A program made the position numbers and the translations under genes. 64,000 nucleotides of DNA from contig CADCJW010000004.1 in the NCBI GenBank assembly GCA_902801845.1, positions 7,936-71,935 of the forward strand, read 5' to 3'. Source of the stretch: an uncultured Eubacteriales bacterium (GTDB lineage: Bacteria > Bacillota > Clostridia > Christensenellales > CAG-138). Position 1 is the first letter of the stretch; the number at the start of each line of letters is the position of its first letter. Shown in pieces: positions 63,282 to 64,000 of the stretch. The notes below the pieces were generated by a model that did not search any database, was not told the origin of the DNA, and saw nothing but the letters and a program-made list of their open reading frames with translations.

Positions 63282-64000
63282 CGCTGCCGTTGGAAAACGT
63301 GCTCTTTTATGGGGTGCTTGGCCTGTATTTTCTGGCCATGGTCCTGTATTTTTTGTTCGTGGCCGTGAAGAAGGAGGCCGTGGGCAAGGCGGCCGTGGGC
63401 GCCCAGGCCCTGGGGCTCGCGGTGCACACGGCGGCCATCGTCCTAAGGGGCGTGGCGGCGGGGCGGCTGCCGCTGACGAACCAGTATGAGTTCGCCTCCG
63501 CCTTCAGCTGGGGGCTGTGCCTGGTGAGCCTGATCTTCGTGCTCCGGTTCAAATTCACGCTCCTGGGCGCCTTTGCCGCGCCGGTGACCTTCCTGGTCAT
63601 CGGGTACGCGGCCATGCAGTCCAAGGAGATCCGGGAGCTCATGCCCGCCCTGCAGTCCAACTGGCTGGGCGTCCACGTGTCCACGGCCATCATCGCCTAC
63701 GGGGCCTTCGGCGTGTCCTTCGTGCTGGGGATCATCTTCCTGCTGCGGGAGAGGATGAAGGGGAGCGGGTTTCTGGATGAGCATATCCCCGCCCGGGAGA
63801 AGCTGGACATGCTCAGCTACCGGAGCGTGTCTTTGGGCCTGCTCTTTCTCACCCTGACCATCGTCACCGGGGCCATCTGGGCCGAGCGGGCCTGGGGCAG
63901 CTATTGGTCCTGGGACCCGAAGGAGACCTGGTCCCTGGTGACCTGGCTGGTGTACGCCGTGTATCTGCATCTTAGGATCCGCCGGGGCTGGCAGGGCAAG
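63278..64000 (+). CDS. ccsA: Cytochrome c assembly protein CcsA/ResC, 3' end off-window
   Basis: Manual translation of frame 2 from ATG 63278 (ATGA overlap with resB). Polytopic protein with the tryptophan-rich haem-handling motif WGSYWSWDPKETWSL. It is absent from the ORF track because no stop lies in the window. Confidence 0.85.
   Translation, partial: MTLPLENVLFYGVLGLYFLAMVLYFLFVAVKKEAVGKAAVGAQALGLAVHTAAIVLRGVAAGRLPLTNQYEFASAFSWGLCLVSLIFVLRFKFTLLGAFAAPVTFLVIGYAAMQSKEIRELMPALQSNWLGVHVSTAIIAYGAFGVSFVLGIIFLLRERMKGSGFLDEHIPAREKLDMLSYRSVSLGLLFLTLTIVTGAIWAERAWGSYWSWDPKETWSLVTWLVYAVYLHLRIRRGWQGK

Overview
This window looks like a 64-kb chromosomal segment from a high-GC, anaerobic Gram-positive bacterium, probably Clostridia. 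The taxonomic guess is inferred from gene content: ftsA-ftsZ, a CIRCE operator, a T-box leader, and a rubrerythrin/desulfoferrodoxin/flavodiiron cluster. From about 9.2 kb onward it is ordinary core genome. That part holds cell division genes, ileS/glnS/gltX/ychF, prmC-prfA, two OmpR-type two-component systems, an O2/NO-detoxification operon, hsp20, mscL, several surface-anchored enzymes with Pro/Thr linkers, and resB-ccsA at the right edge. No rRNA, tRNA, CRISPR array, transposase or integrase was seen. The first ~9 kb is visibly AT-richer by eye (GC was not computed) and looks accessory. It contains Fe-S hydro-lyase subunits and a small island at roughly 1.3-5.2 kb. The island carries a CI/LexA-like XRE-S24 repressor and back-to-back consensus promoters. 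It also carries a reiterated TTAATTGACA box, duplicated hairpin+box modules, and an operon of a metallophosphoesterase plus an orphan 280-aa double-HTH protein. Its right end abuts the C-terminal stump of rfbB. A capF-like fragment and two paralogous chain-length-determinant-like proteins follow. The island is the best candidate for something undescribed, but no named defence or mobile family could be recognised, so it is reported as a hypothesis only. Other points worth a second look:
- a three-copy palindromic intergenic repeat family with compensatory stem changes;
- a CIRCE operator on hsp20;
- an Ogt-Nudix fusion;
- an untracked 50-aa rubredoxin with a CxC first metal motif;
- a purine-rich tandem repeat upstream of glnS.
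The many long antisense ORFs in the track are GC-driven shadow ORFs and were rejected.
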